DNA of 64,000 bases from Chloroflexota bacterium (GTDB lineage Bacteria > Chloroflexota > UBA11872 > VXOZ01), in contig OZ244922.1 of the NCBI GenBank assembly GCA_965221905.1, positions 2,688,001-2,752,000 of the forward strand, read 5' to 3'. This document shows positions 38,965-48,827 of this stretch, in pieces. The position numbers and the translations under genes are program-made. How positions within the stretch are numbered: the first letter of the stretch is position 1; every line of letters begins with the position of its first letter. Below the pieces are notes generated by a model. The model searched no databases. It had not been told where the DNA came from and saw nothing but the letters and a program-made list of their open reading frames with translations.

Positions 38965-41199
38965 TCATTGCGTCTTTGGTCTCTCCGCGGCCAGTGCCTC
39001 CGCCATTCCATTCTGCCACGCCCGTCGCGCAGACGCTAGTGGCACACACACCTTGTCGCCCAGCACCAGGGCACTGCCTTGGACGCGTCCGATGACCGCG
39101 AACGGTACTTGATGCTCGTCGGCTACCGCACGCCCTGCCGCAAGCTCTTTCTCCGGCAGACTAATGACGATCCGTGATTGACCTTCACCGAAGAGAAGGC
39201 CGTCTGCACGTCCGTCGCCCGGCAACTCCACCTGAAACCCAATTCCGCCCGCGATAGCGCTCTCCGCGAGAGCCACGGCGAGACCGCCCTGGGAACAATC
39301 GTGTGCGCTGCTAATGAGCCCTGCGCGAATGAGCCGCCGACAGGCAGACTGGACGTTTGCTTCCATTTCGAGGTCTATCGGCGGCGCATGACCGGAGACG
39401 AGGCCGTGCATTACCGCAAGATACTCACTGCCGCCGCAATAGTCGCTCTGCGGGCCAAGCAGTGCAATAACGTCTCCCTCGTGCTTGAATGCCGATGCGA
39501 CGCTCTGTTCCACAGCTTCCAGCATGCCCACCATGCCCACCATTGGCGTCGGATAGATAGCCTGGCCGCGGGCCTCGTTATAGAGACTGACATTGCCGCT
39601 CACTACCGGCACACCCAGTACCTCGCAGGCGGCAGCCATCCCGCGCACTACCTGCTCCAATTGGTAGTAGACATCGGTCTTCTCCGGATTCCCGAAGTTC
39701 AAGCAATTCGTGAGGGCAAGCGGCTCGGCGCCAACGCACGACAGGTTGCGGGCCGCCTCCGCTACTGCGATCGCTCCGCCCGTAAATGGGTCCAAGTAAC
39801 AGTATTGACCATTGCCGTCTATGGTGACGGCAAGTCCTGCCGGAGTGCCCTTGATCCGAAGTATCGCCGCGTCGCCACCCGGCCCCTGCACCGTGTTTAC
39901 CTGAACACTATAGTCATACTGCTGAAAGACGCTCTCCTTGCTCGCAACATTGGGGCTAGCCAGCAACGTGAGCCAAGCGTCATTGTAGTCCGATATCTCC
40001 GGCAGCGACTGCTGTTCGAAGCCATGCGCTTCCCGCATATAGGCCGGCACGGTGCCTTCCCGCACGTAGGTGGGTGCATCCGCGAGCAAATGGGCGGGTA
40101 TCTCAGCCACAACCTCCGCGCCGTTGCGCACGCGCACCATGCTGTCAGCGGTGACCTGACCGATTACTGTGGAGTGAAGCCCCCAGCGCGAAAAGATCGC
40201 TGCTACGTGCTCTTCAGCGCCCCGTCGCACAATGGCAAGCATGCGCTCCTGGCTCTCACTGAGCATGATCTCGTAGGGGGTCATACCCTCTTCCCGGCAC
40301 GGCACACGGCTTACGTCGATATCAACACCGCTCTCGCCCTTGTGGGCAGCCTCAACGGAAGAGCTCGTCAATCCGGCCGCCCCGAGGTCCTGCAGTCCCA
40401 CGAGATAGTCGGTCTCACCCAATTCGAGACACGCCTCGATGAGCAGCTTTTCCATGAAGGGATCGCCCACTTGCACCACGCCGCGGTGCGACAGTTCAGG
40501 ATCATCCAATGAGGCGAAGGAAGCACCGTGAATGCCGTCCCGGCCGGTTGCCGCTCCCACCAGCATTAGGGTATTGCCTGCCCCGCGCGCACGAGCGCTA
40601 ATGAGCTTCTCTTGGCGAATAAGACCGACGCACATCGCATTAACGAGCGGGTTCCCAGCGTAGCAGGACGCGAAATTCACTTCGCCGCCCACGTCCGGGA
40701 TACCCACACAATTGCCGTAGTGGCTGATGCCGCCAACGACACCATTGAACAAGTACCGGTTGCGCGCGTCATCCAGAGGACCGAATCGCAAGGAATTGAG
40801 CAACGCAATGGGACGCGCGCCCATGGTAAAAATGTCTCGCACGATGCCGCCCACACCGGTGGCTGCTCCCTGAAATGGTTCAACAGCACTGGGATGGTTG
40901 TGGCTTTCGACCTTGAAGACAACGGCGAGCCCATGGCCGATATCAACTGCGCCTGCATTTTCCTCTCCCGCGCCGACTAATACATGCTCGCCGTCAGTGG
41001 GCAGCAACTTCAGTAGCGGTCGCGAGTTCTTGTAGCCGCAGTGTTCGCTCCACATAGCGCCGAACATGCCAAGTTCGACACGATTCGGTGCGCGGCCAAG
41101 TTGGACGCAAATGCGATCGTACTCGCTCCGGGTGAGCGAGACTTCCCGCAGGTCGGCGTCAGTTACCGCAGTATCTGTTTGAGACACAGTGCCCCTCAC
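38965..41199 (-). CDS. purL: Phosphoribosylformylglycinamidine synthase subunit PurL
   Basis: WSEHCGYK, KVESHNHPS, QDLGAAGL, MLSESQERM, NCLNFGNP. Confidence 0.97.
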   Translation of the reverse strand: MRGTVSQTDTAVTDADLREVSLTRSEYDRICVQLGRAPNRVELGMFGAMWSEHCGYKNSRPLLKLLPTDGEHVLVGAGEENAGAVDIGHGLAVVFKVESHNHPSAVEPFQGAATGVGGIVRDIFTMGARPIALLNSLRFGPLDDARNRYLFNGVVGGISHYGNCVGIPDVGGEVNFASCYAGNPLVNAMCVGLIRQEKLISARARGAGNTLMLVGAATGRDGIHGASFASLDDPELSHRGVVQVGDPFMEKLLIEACLELGETDYLVGLQDLGAAGLTSSSVEAAHKGESGVDIDVSRVPCREEGMTPYEIMLSESQERMLAIVRRGAEEHVAAIFSRWGLHSTVIGQVTADSMVRVRNGAEVVAEIPAHLLADAPTYVREGTVPAYMREAHGFEQQSLPEISDYNDAWLTLLASPNVASKESVFQQYDYSVQVNTVQGPGGDAAILRIKGTPAGLAVTIDGNGQYCYLDPFTGGAIAVAEAARNLSCVGAEPLALTNCLNFGNPEKTDVYYQLEQVVRGMAAACEVLGVPVVSGNVSLYNEARGQAIYPTPMVGMVGMLEAVEQSVASAFKHEGDVIALLGPQSDYCGGSEYLAVMHGLVSGHAPPIDLEMEANVQSACRRLIRAGLISSAHDCSQGGLAVALAESAIAGGIGFQVELPGDGRADGLLFGEGQSRIVISLPEKELAAGRAVADEHQVPFAVIGRVQGSALVLGDKVCVPLASARRAWQNGMAEALAAERPKTQ

Positions 41200-41320
41200 T
41201 CATGCATTCGCAGCACAGTCGAGTCTCTCGGATTGCACCATTAGTTTCCAGGAGTTAGTAATCGCGTGGAAGGCCTGCTTAGCGGCCAGCGGCGTCGCAT
41301 AGAAACAACGAACGCTAGGC

Positions 41321-42028
41321 TCACGCTCGCGAGGGCACGGCAGAGAGCGCGAGGATGATTGCCTGCCAAATGCCCAAGCCGTCTTCACTGCCCAATACGG
41401 CTTCTGCGCACCGTTCAGGGTGCGGCATAAGACCGAAGACATTGCCGGCCTCATTGCACACCCCCGCGATATTGCCCGCAGACCCATTGGGGTTCGCTGC
41501 CGGCGAAACATCACCCAGAGTATCGCAATAGCGCATGACTATTTGGCCGTTGTCATGCATGCGATCGAGAACCGCTTGGTCGGCAACATAACTGCCGTCA
41601 CCGTGGGCAATCGGCATGCGCAGCACCTGCCCGTGATGATAGGACGCCATGAAAGGCGACCCCATGCTCTCGACGCGCAAATGAACCCAACCGCAGCGGA
41701 ATTCCAGCATACGGTTCTTGATCAATGCGCCCGGCAAGAGTCCTGCTTCGGTAAGGATTTGAAAGCCGTTGCAAATGCCCAGCACAAGCCCGCCGGCTTC
41801 TGCGAACGATGTTACCGCGCGCATTACTGGGGAGAATCGCGCAATTGACCCCGACCGCAGGTAATCTCCGTACGAAAAGCCGCCCGGCAGCACGAGAGCA
41901 TCGTAATCTGAAAGATGTGTCTCTTCATGCCAGACCAGATCTGCCTGCTGGCGGAGCACGGAGCGCACAACGTGAAGGCAGTCGTGGTCGCAGTTGGAAC
42001 CGGGGAACTGCACGATGCCAATCTTCAC
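41321..42028 (-). CDS. purQ: Phosphoribosylformylglycinamidine synthase glutaminase subunit PurQ
   Basis: [33 protein letters not shown]; GTG start overlapping the purS stop. Confidence 0.96.
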   Translation of the reverse strand: MKIGIVQFPGSNCDHDCLHVVRSVLRQQADLVWHEETHLSDYDALVLPGGFSYGDYLRSGSIARFSPVMRAVTSFAEAGGLVLGICNGFQILTEAGLLPGALIKNRMLEFRCGWVHLRVESMGSPFMASYHHGQVLRMPIAHGDGSYVADQAVLDRMHDNGQIVMRYCDTLGDVSPAANPNGSAGNIAGVCNEAGNVFGLMPHPERCAEAVLGSEDGLGIWQAIILALSAVPSRA

Positions 42029-42276
42029 TGCACGGTCTCCAGATCGAAACGATAGCTCTCGATGACGGGATTGGCTAAGAGTTGCCGGCACATCGCTTCC
42101 ACTGCCTCGCCGGCTTCGGAGGCGCTATCGGTTCCCAGTTCTACCTCCAGGTACTTTCCCATCCGCACCGATTCCACGTCCTCGAATCCGAGGTGGTGCA
42201 ATGCATCGCGGATAGTATTCCCTTGCGGGTCCAGGACCGTCGACTTATACGTAACGTAGATACGTGCTTTCGTCAC
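42025..42276 (-). CDS. purS: Phosphoribosylformylglycinamidine synthase subunit PurS
   Basis: [21 protein letters not shown]. Confidence 0.96.
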   Translation of the reverse strand: MTKARIYVTYKSTVLDPQGNTIRDALHHLGFEDVESVRMGKYLEVELGTDSASEAGEAVEAMCRQLLANPVIESYRFDLETVQ

Positions 42277-42397
42277 TGCAGAGTAGACCTCGACAAGAAC
42301 CTACACATGTGTACACTTACACCGTTCGACATGCAACTGCCCACTTTGACCGGTTTAGAACGCGCGGTCCCAAATCTCCACATGAAGCCCGCTCTTA

Positions 42398-42424
42398 CCG
42401 TTCGCCCTGAGCTTGTCGAAGGGC
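42398..42424. repeat. Single REP-like element of the CCGTTCG..CTGAGCTTGTCGAAG family
   Basis: ccgttcgccctgagcttgtcgaagggc. Confidence 0.8.
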
Positions 42425-42503
42425 CGGTTCTACTATCGTGGAACTGGCCCGATCGAGCCTAAAGATGAACAAGCAAAATGCTGCTAGGTCACTCCATCAG
42501 TCC

Positions 42504-42548
42504 GGTAGTGCCTCCACCAGGCGCATGCGCCAAAGTCAAGGCACTACC
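42504..42548. terminator. Inverted repeat downstream of the UPF0182 gene, possible terminator
   Basis: ggtagtgcct...aggcactacc 10-bp stem enclosing the palindrome ggcgcatgcgcc; no clear U-tract. Confidence 0.45.
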
Positions 42549-42582
42549 TCTATCCAGTCTTTCTGGTCATCCAGCCGGAGCG

Positions 42583-45477
42583 CTACTCCTCATCCTCAAT
42601 CTGGTTTTGCAACTCATCGAGGAGTTGCTGATTCAGTTCTAGCTGCTGTTGTATCAACTCATTTTGGCGTTGGAGCGCGTCGAGCAGGTTCTGGATGGAA
42701 TTATCAGGCCCTGGCGTGGCTGAAGCCGGTGGCGTGAGTTGACTTGGCTGTGGCGTTGCGCCGACTTGAGGCGTCGCCTGTGGTTGTGCCGTCGGCTGCA
42801 CCGCTGTAGTAGGCGTGGGCAAGACTACAGGCGCGGGCGTGGACGTAGCGGTGGGAGTAGTGCTCGAACCACTCTGAGTCCCGCTGCTTCCAGACGTCGC
42901 AGCAGTCCCAGTGAAGATCTCGTTTACCCCCTCTCCTAACAACTCTTGCAGTGCTAACTGCACACTCTCGGCCATCACGACGTTGGGGCCGTTTGCAATG
43001 ATGACGCGCTTGAGCTCAGGCAACTGTCCCTGCTCCGACTGAAGGTAGATCGGCTCAACGTACAAGTTTGATTGGCCGATAGGCACGACAAGAAGATTGC
43101 CTCGAATCACTCGCGACCCGCCCTGCCCCCAGAGCGTAAATTGCTGCGAGATCGTGGTATCTTGGTCGGCGCGCGCTTCAATTTGCATCGGCCCAAATAT
43201 GAGTTTGTCCTTGGGATACTTGAAGGCAAAGAGCGAACCGTAGCCCTCAGGATCCGACCGCGCAGCCAGCCAGGCCACCATATTGTCCTTTTGTATCGGC
43301 GTATACGGCATGATCAGAATGAACTCTTCACGTGGGAAGTCGGGAAGACGCATGATGACGTAGTATGGCCGCACGGGCACTTGGCTGGCGCCATACAGTT
43401 CACGCGGCCGCGAAAACGCATCTTCGCGATTGTAGAAGATGTCCGCTTTCTGCATGTGGTAGAGGGAGTACAACTCCACCTGTACCTGGAAGAGAAACGC
43501 CGGATATCGAATGTGCTGGAGTATTGACGGAGGCATCTCGCTCAGGGGGTGGAAGAGGTCTGGGAATGCCTGCGAATACGCCTGGAGAATCGGTTCGTCT
43601 TCCTCGACCGCATACAGGCGAACTGAACCGTCATACGCGTTAACTGTGGCCTTCACGCTGTTACGGATATAGTTGAATGCGCCGGCCAGCGGTTGCGAGT
43701 AAGGGTAGCGGTTCGTAAAGGTATACGCGTCAACAATCCAGAACAACTGACCGTCGGCTACGACAATATACGGATCCTGGTCAACGACGAGAAACGGCGC
43801 GACCGTTGCCACACGCTCGCGCACGTGGCGGCGGTAGAGAATTTGGCTATCGGGTTCAAGCTGATCGGAGAGCAGGATATTCACGTCCTTGAGATACCAG
43901 GCATACAGCAACTTGCGGAGGTAAGACCCAATCCCTACTCCCGTACGCGATTGGTAAGTGGAACGGACGTTATCGTCTCCACTCGGATAGTCTATCTCCT
44001 GAACTTGCGCATTGACAATGATATAGTCTATCGTCTTTTCGCCATAGTAGATTTCCGGTCGTTCAATATCCATGATGCCCGTTGGGGGCACATCTTTTAG
44101 GAAGAAGGACGGCAAGCCCTCCGGTGAGACCTCATTCACGGGACTCATTACAACCCCGTAGCCATGGGTAAACTGGAGCCTGCGGTTGACCCACGTTTGC
44201 GCCGAGCCCGGCAGTTTCTCCGTTGAGAGTTCGCGCGCGCCCACCATCACTTGGCGATACTCGCCATCGACGTAATAGCGGTCCACGTCCGCATCGAGAA
44301 TGTCGTAGTAAAGTCGGATGCTCTGCACCTGGTTATAGGTAATGAGCAGCGGTTCGGGGTCCCAGAGACGGAAGTTTCGCACTGTCAGGGGATTGCCAAC
44401 CAACTCTTCTAGCGTCACCGCCGGCTCGCCCGGGTGCTCCTGTTCGACAATACGGTTGAGACCGTACGCCTCGCGCGTGAATTCTATGTTGTTCTCGATG
44501 TAGGGGCGCTCGCGCTCCAACTCGTTCGGCTGCACCTCCAGGCGATGCGCCAAGCCGGGATATGCCCACGCGCCCGCGACCAGCACGAGCAGCCAAAGCC
44601 CGATACCGCCGATGGGCAGCCACTGCTGATTGAATACGGCACCCAGGACGAGACCAAGTGCAGCCACCACAGCCAACACAATGAGCACTTGCTGTACCGG
44701 CTGCATAATATTGACGTCAATGTAGCTCGCTCCGTAGGCCGCGCCCCGCGTGGAGAACTCAAGCGTGTGAAGGCGCAGCCAATGGGTCCCCGCCATTAAA
44801 ACCATCACAAGGAAGCCCAGCACCGAGAGATGAATGCGAATGGGCGCCCCGGCGATGATATTGCGGGGGATCTCACGCCGTTCACCTTCATCGTCTTCCG
44901 GCGAAATCATGTATGGCAGCACAAGACGGAAACCGTATGCAAAGACCGCCACAAGCAACACGACAATAGACGCACGGAAGAGCCAGCCTTGAATGAACTC
45001 AAGCAGCGGGAGTGTAAAGACGAAGAACGAGAGGTCCCTCTCGAATAGAGGGTCCGTGATACCGAATGGGATGAGGTTTTGGGCGCGGAGCACCGTGTTC
45101 CATTGTCCGGCGGCCATTAGACCAAAGATCACGGAGGCAATCACACCCACAACGCCGGAGATTATCCGGGAAGCAAGCTCGGTCCGCCGCGCCGAAGTGG
45201 AAAGGAAGTCTTCGCCAGTATTGTACGCTTGCCGCGCTACGATCTTCCTTACTAAGGTCATATTGCCAAAGTAAAGCACGCCAAAACCGACTAGACCGGC
45301 GGCGAAGAGGCCTAGCTGCAGTGTAATGATTCTGGAAAAGACGTCAGTGCGGTCGAGGCTTTGGTACCAGAGCCAGTCGGCAATGATGTTCGGTACAACG
45401 AGCACCATCGCGATGAACACGATGATACTGACAAATGCTGTACCAACCGCGGTATTGCGCTGCATGGACATCCTCAC
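42583..45477 (-). CDS. UPF0182 family membrane protein
   Basis: DWLWYQSL, DPLFERDLSFFVFTLP, GASYIDV, THGYG, NYIRNSVKA, VIRGNLL, YVEPIY. Confidence 0.93.
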   Translation of the reverse strand: MRMSMQRNTAVGTAFVSIIVFIAMVLVVPNIIADWLWYQSLDRTDVFSRIITLQLGLFAAGLVGFGVLYFGNMTLVRKIVARQAYNTGEDFLSTSARRTELASRIISGVVGVIASVIFGLMAAGQWNTVLRAQNLIPFGITDPLFERDLSFFVFTLPLLEFIQGWLFRASIVVLLVAVFAYGFRLVLPYMISPEDDEGERREIPRNIIAGAPIRIHLSVLGFLVMVLMAGTHWLRLHTLEFSTRGAAYGASYIDVNIMQPVQQVLIVLAVVAALGLVLGAVFNQQWLPIGGIGLWLLVLVAGAWAYPGLAHRLEVQPNELERERPYIENNIEFTREAYGLNRIVEQEHPGEPAVTLEELVGNPLTVRNFRLWDPEPLLITYNQVQSIRLYYDILDADVDRYYVDGEYRQVMVGARELSTEKLPGSAQTWVNRRLQFTHGYGVVMSPVNEVSPEGLPSFFLKDVPPTGIMDIERPEIYYGEKTIDYIIVNAQVQEIDYPSGDDNVRSTYQSRTGVGIGSYLRKLLYAWYLKDVNILLSDQLEPDSQILYRRHVRERVATVAPFLVVDQDPYIVVADGQLFWIVDAYTFTNRYPYSQPLAGAFNYIRNSVKATVNAYDGSVRLYAVEEDEPILQAYSQAFPDLFHPLSEMPPSILQHIRYPAFLFQVQVELYSLYHMQKADIFYNREDAFSRPRELYGASQVPVRPYYVIMRLPDFPREEFILIMPYTPIQKDNMVAWLAARSDPEGYGSLFAFKYPKDKLIFGPMQIEARADQDTTISQQFTLWGQGGSRVIRGNLLVVPIGQSNLYVEPIYLQSEQGQLPELKRVIIANGPNVVMAESVQLALQELLGEGVNEIFTGTAATSGSSGTQSGSSTTPTATSTPAPVVLPTPTTAVQPTAQPQATPQVGATPQPSQLTPPASATPGPDNSIQNLLDALQRQNELIQQQLELNQQLLDELQNQIEDEE

Positions 45478-45541
45478 AGACTACATCGTGAAGCGTTAAT
45501 ACGATGTTCCACTAAACGTGCATAACGAGCGGAGAACAACA

Positions 45542-45583
45542 GCGCACTATCCTCATGCCATCCCAAGCACGCTGATAGTGCGC
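45542..45583. terminator. Inverted repeat downstream of the FtsH-like gene
   Basis: gcgcactatc...gatagtgcgc 10-bp stem. Confidence 0.45.
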
Positions 45584-45636
45584 CGTCTTTGACGAAGTCG
45601 CCATGAGCCAAACGTAATCAGCCTTTCCGGGCGCTG

Positions 45637-47469
45637 CTATTGGGACTCAGTTTCCTTATCCGCTTCCTCGCTAGATTTCGCTTGGCCTTCCGGTGGATTG
45701 ACCGGGTTACCATTTGGGCCGGGCGTTTCCGCCGGGCCGTTAGACTGTTGGCCCAAAGCCAGGCCGCCAGCGTAGCCGGTCAGCGCGGCGACACCCACAC
45801 CTGCGGGGCCACGACGCTGCACTCCGCGTGACTCCAGGATTTCCTTAACATCCTCGCCGTGTAGCTCCAATTCTTCCTGCAATCGTTCAGAAACTATGTG
45901 CACCTCATCCGCATGCTCTGCCAGCAGTTGCTTCACCTCGCGGTACTGCTCGTCGAGCAACGCTTCGATGCGGCGCTTCGTGTCCGGGTCAATGCCACCC
46001 AAACCGCTGGGCATCGCGAGGTACGAATAGAAGCTATTGCCCATGCCATAGTAGCCGAAATACCCCATCGCCAGGCGTGTCGCCTGCTGCAGGTCGGATG
46101 TTACACCTGTAAGCCCGGTGCCAAGGAAGAGTTCCTCAGCCGCGCGACTAGCAAGGGCAACCTTGATTTCCGAAAGTACCTCTTCGCGGGTCTGCGTATA
46201 GCGCTCTTCAAGCGGCGTACTGGCAGCGAGACCCAGCGCACGGCCGTAGCGTATGATCGTGACCTTGTAGAGCTGATTCTCAGGTTGCAGCAAGGCCATC
46301 GCTATCGCGTGACCGGTTTCATGGTAGGCAAGCCGCCGTCGTTCCTTTTCGCTCATGCTGCGGATCGGCTGGCGCAAGCCCCATTCATTCGTCTCTCGCG
46401 CTTGGCTAAAGTCTGTATATGAGATATAGTCCCGGCCTTCGAAGTGCGCTACTACGGCCGCCTCGTTGATAAGGTACTTGATGCTGACCGGCGTGTAACT
46501 CACCGTGTCGGCAGCAATCTTGTCGATGTCTATGTCAGGGTCATGACGAACCTTATCCATGTAGTATTGGATAACATCCTTGCGGCCATCGAAGTCAGGC
46601 GGGTCGATTGTAATCTTGCGGTCGAAGCGGCCCGGTCGCAACAGAGCCTGGTCCAGCACTTCAGAAATGTTCGTCGCGCCAATCGTGAGCACCACGGGTG
46701 GCACGGCTCTCCCTCTGCGCAGACCGAGGCGGCGTAAGACCCGTGCCCTCCAACTCGTATCCACGTTTGGAGGTTCCATCTCGAGGAGCAGTGTATTGAT
46801 CATACCCATCCCACCACCGCCGAACATCCCCCCCATCATGCCCCCGCCCCCGCCCATTTGCGAGGTACGAGCAGCGCCAACGGCATCAATTTCATCGATG
46901 AAGATGATTGCGGAGCCATACTTCCGCGCGAGCCGCCGCGCCTTTGCGTAGAGCATCGTGATGCGCAAGTTACCGACGCCCATGAACATGTTTTGAAAAC
47001 CGGGCGCAGAAGCATAAGCGAAAGGCACTCCAGCCTCAGTGGCAATGGCTTGCGCCAAATAGGTCTTACCGGTTCCGGGCGGTCCGATCAGCAGCAAGCC
47101 GCGTGAAACTTCGCCGCCCATACGCTTGAAATCGCGTACGCCGCGGAGCAAAGTCACAATCCGCGCTGAGACTTCCAGCACTTGCTCGTTGCCGCGATAG
47201 TCCTTGAAGGATATTCCGGTCTCGCCCCCGGGCATAATCCAATAGACACGCCCGCGGCCAAGAAACCAAAAGAGCGCAACGAATTGTATCAGTACGAAGA
47301 GGATCGCAAAGGCAAGCTGGAATAGCGTGGCAAAAATTTGAAACACTATGAACAGGACACTGGGCGCGCCGAAGACGGCAACAGACCACCAAAATCCGAT
47401 CGCAACCAGCACCCAAAGTAGGATACCGCGCCAGTGCCGACCGATGAACCCCAGGACTCCGCCTATCAT
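45637..47469 (-). CDS. FtsH-like AAA+ ATPase / M41 zinc metalloprotease
   Basis: GPPGTGKT, IIFIDEIDA, ALLRPGRFDR, HETGH; two adjacent N-terminal TM helices. Confidence 0.88.
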   Translation of the reverse strand: MIGGVLGFIGRHWRGILLWVLVAIGFWWSVAVFGAPSVLFIVFQIFATLFQLAFAILFVLIQFVALFWFLGRGRVYWIMPGGETGISFKDYRGNEQVLEVSARIVTLLRGVRDFKRMGGEVSRGLLLIGPPGTGKTYLAQAIATEAGVPFAYASAPGFQNMFMGVGNLRITMLYAKARRLARKYGSAIIFIDEIDAVGAARTSQMGGGGGMMGGMFGGGGMGMINTLLLEMEPPNVDTSWRARVLRRLGLRRGRAVPPVVLTIGATNISEVLDQALLRPGRFDRKITIDPPDFDGRKDVIQYYMDKVRHDPDIDIDKIAADTVSYTPVSIKYLINEAAVVAHFEGRDYISYTDFSQARETNEWGLRQPIRSMSEKERRRLAYHETGHAIAMALLQPENQLYKVTIIRYGRALGLAASTPLEERYTQTREEVLSEIKVALASRAAEELFLGTGLTGVTSDLQQATRLAMGYFGYYGMGNSFYSYLAMPSGLGGIDPDTKRRIEALLDEQYREVKQLLAEHADEVHIVSERLQEELELHGEDVKEILESRGVQRRGPAGVGVAALTGYAGGLALGQQSNGPAETPGPNGNPVNPPEGQAKSSEEADKETESQ

Positions 47470-47591
47470 AGCTTCACCGTGCCTTCCATAATTCTGGAGG
47501 ATCTAGGTACTGCAACTGTAACACTTTTCTCAATTCGCTTGACCCCATCGCTGCCAATACGCCTATATGATCCCTGTGACAACTGCTACCC

Positions 47592-47600
47592 ATTATAGCA
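47592..47600 (-). promoter_or_regulatory. Extended -10 element upstream of the FtsH-like gene
   Basis: Minus strand TGcTATAAT. Confidence 0.5.
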
Positions 47601-47931
47601 TGGGGTATTATGTCGTTTGTCGCTGGGCTCTAGACAACATTAAGAATTATATAAGAGTCTGACGTTTACGGTAAGAAATGTTACATTTCCGCTTCCCAAT
47701 TAGGCTAATCATCACTTGGCAGTATCGAGGAGGTAGGTGTACGCTGCCAATCAAGGCCGCTATTGCCCGCGGGGCCTAACAAAAGTGCGAATCTGATAAC
47801 GGACGAGCATCCGACTTGGCAAAAAGCTCGCCGCGGCCCGGCTTTCTCAATGGCATAGAAGAGATGATGGTATTAGTCTGAGGTAGAGTAGCTGAGGGAT
47901 CACACCACTCCCTAAACGCGAGGGTCGGCCC

Positions 47932-48686
47932 ATGACAGTTGACAGAGCCATGATTCTTTCAGGAATCCGGGATGTCGGAGTTACCTCCGGCGATGTACTG
48001 CTGGTCCATAGTTCCCTGCGCAGTTTCGGATACGTGACCGGCGGCGCCGAAACGGTGATCGACGCGCTCTTAGAGTCAGTCGGCGACGGCGGCACCCTAC
48101 TTGTCCCAACGCTAACCTTCTCAGTTCTCAAGACCTGGCCGCATCACTTCTCCATCAGGAAGACGCCTTCAACCTCAGGTCGAATTACGGAGACCCTTCG
48201 CCAACGGGCACAGTCTCTGCGCAGCCGGCATCCCGTCTCTTCAGCCGCAGCCATCGGACCGCAAGCAGCCTATCTGACTGCCGACCATCGAGACACGCCC
48301 TGCGGGCCGGACTCACCCTATTACCGCCTCTACGAGCTTGGCGGCAAAGTCGTCTTCTTCGGCGCGACGCTCGCCAGTAACTCGGTCTTTCACTGTGCGG
48401 AGGAGATCGTTAATCCCGATTACTTGGGCTACGCATCCATTGAAGGCGCCATCGTGGAAGATGCGGACGGCCGTGTACGGTCTCTGCGCGCCGCTACGAC
48501 TGCTCTGACCGCGGCATAGTTCGCCACCTCGGCAACATGGAGCCGGTGTTTCTTGAGCGGGGCCTGCTGCGGCGCACCAAGATTGGGGAAAGTCGGACCT
48601 ACGCAATCGACGCTAAAGCAAACGTTGGCGTATCCTGTGAAGTCTTGAAGACAAGCCCGGACTACATCCTCACGTCACTGCCTTAG
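47932..48686 (+). pseudogene. AAC(3)/YokD family N-acetyltransferase, frameshifted near 48475-48495
   Basis: LLVHSSLRSFG, GTLLVPT, RSRHP in frame 1; a family-like C-terminus (LERGLLRRTKIGESRTYAIDA...PDYIL) continues in another frame to TAG at 48686; may be a sequence error. Confidence 0.78.
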
Positions 48687-48737
48687 CTATATCTTGTAGA
48701 TAGCATCTTTTATGGAATCTACATAATGTGCTATAGT
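48684..48737 (+). promoter_or_regulatory. Candidate tandem NrdR boxes overlapping an extended -10 upstream of nrdR
   Basis: tagCTATATCTTGTag (48684-48699) and aatCTACATAATGTGc (48716-48731), 32 bp apart; TGcTATAGT at 48729-48737. Confidence 0.6.
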
Positions 48738-48827
48738 GTTGGGTGTCTGGCGTAGCGTACGTTCTTGATGGACTCGTGAACGTTTGCTTGCCGGAGTGTA
48801 GCGATAGAAGCCAACGGAGGTATGGAC

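Noticed and set aside
39178-40512. 444-aa plus-strand ORF
   Set aside because: Antisense shadow of purL with no recognisable motifs; expected in high-GC DNA
42277-42582. Purine, ZTP or PRPP riboswitch upstream of purS
   Set aside because: Hairpins are present but no riboswitch consensus could be matched by eye; an Infernal/Rfam scan would be needed
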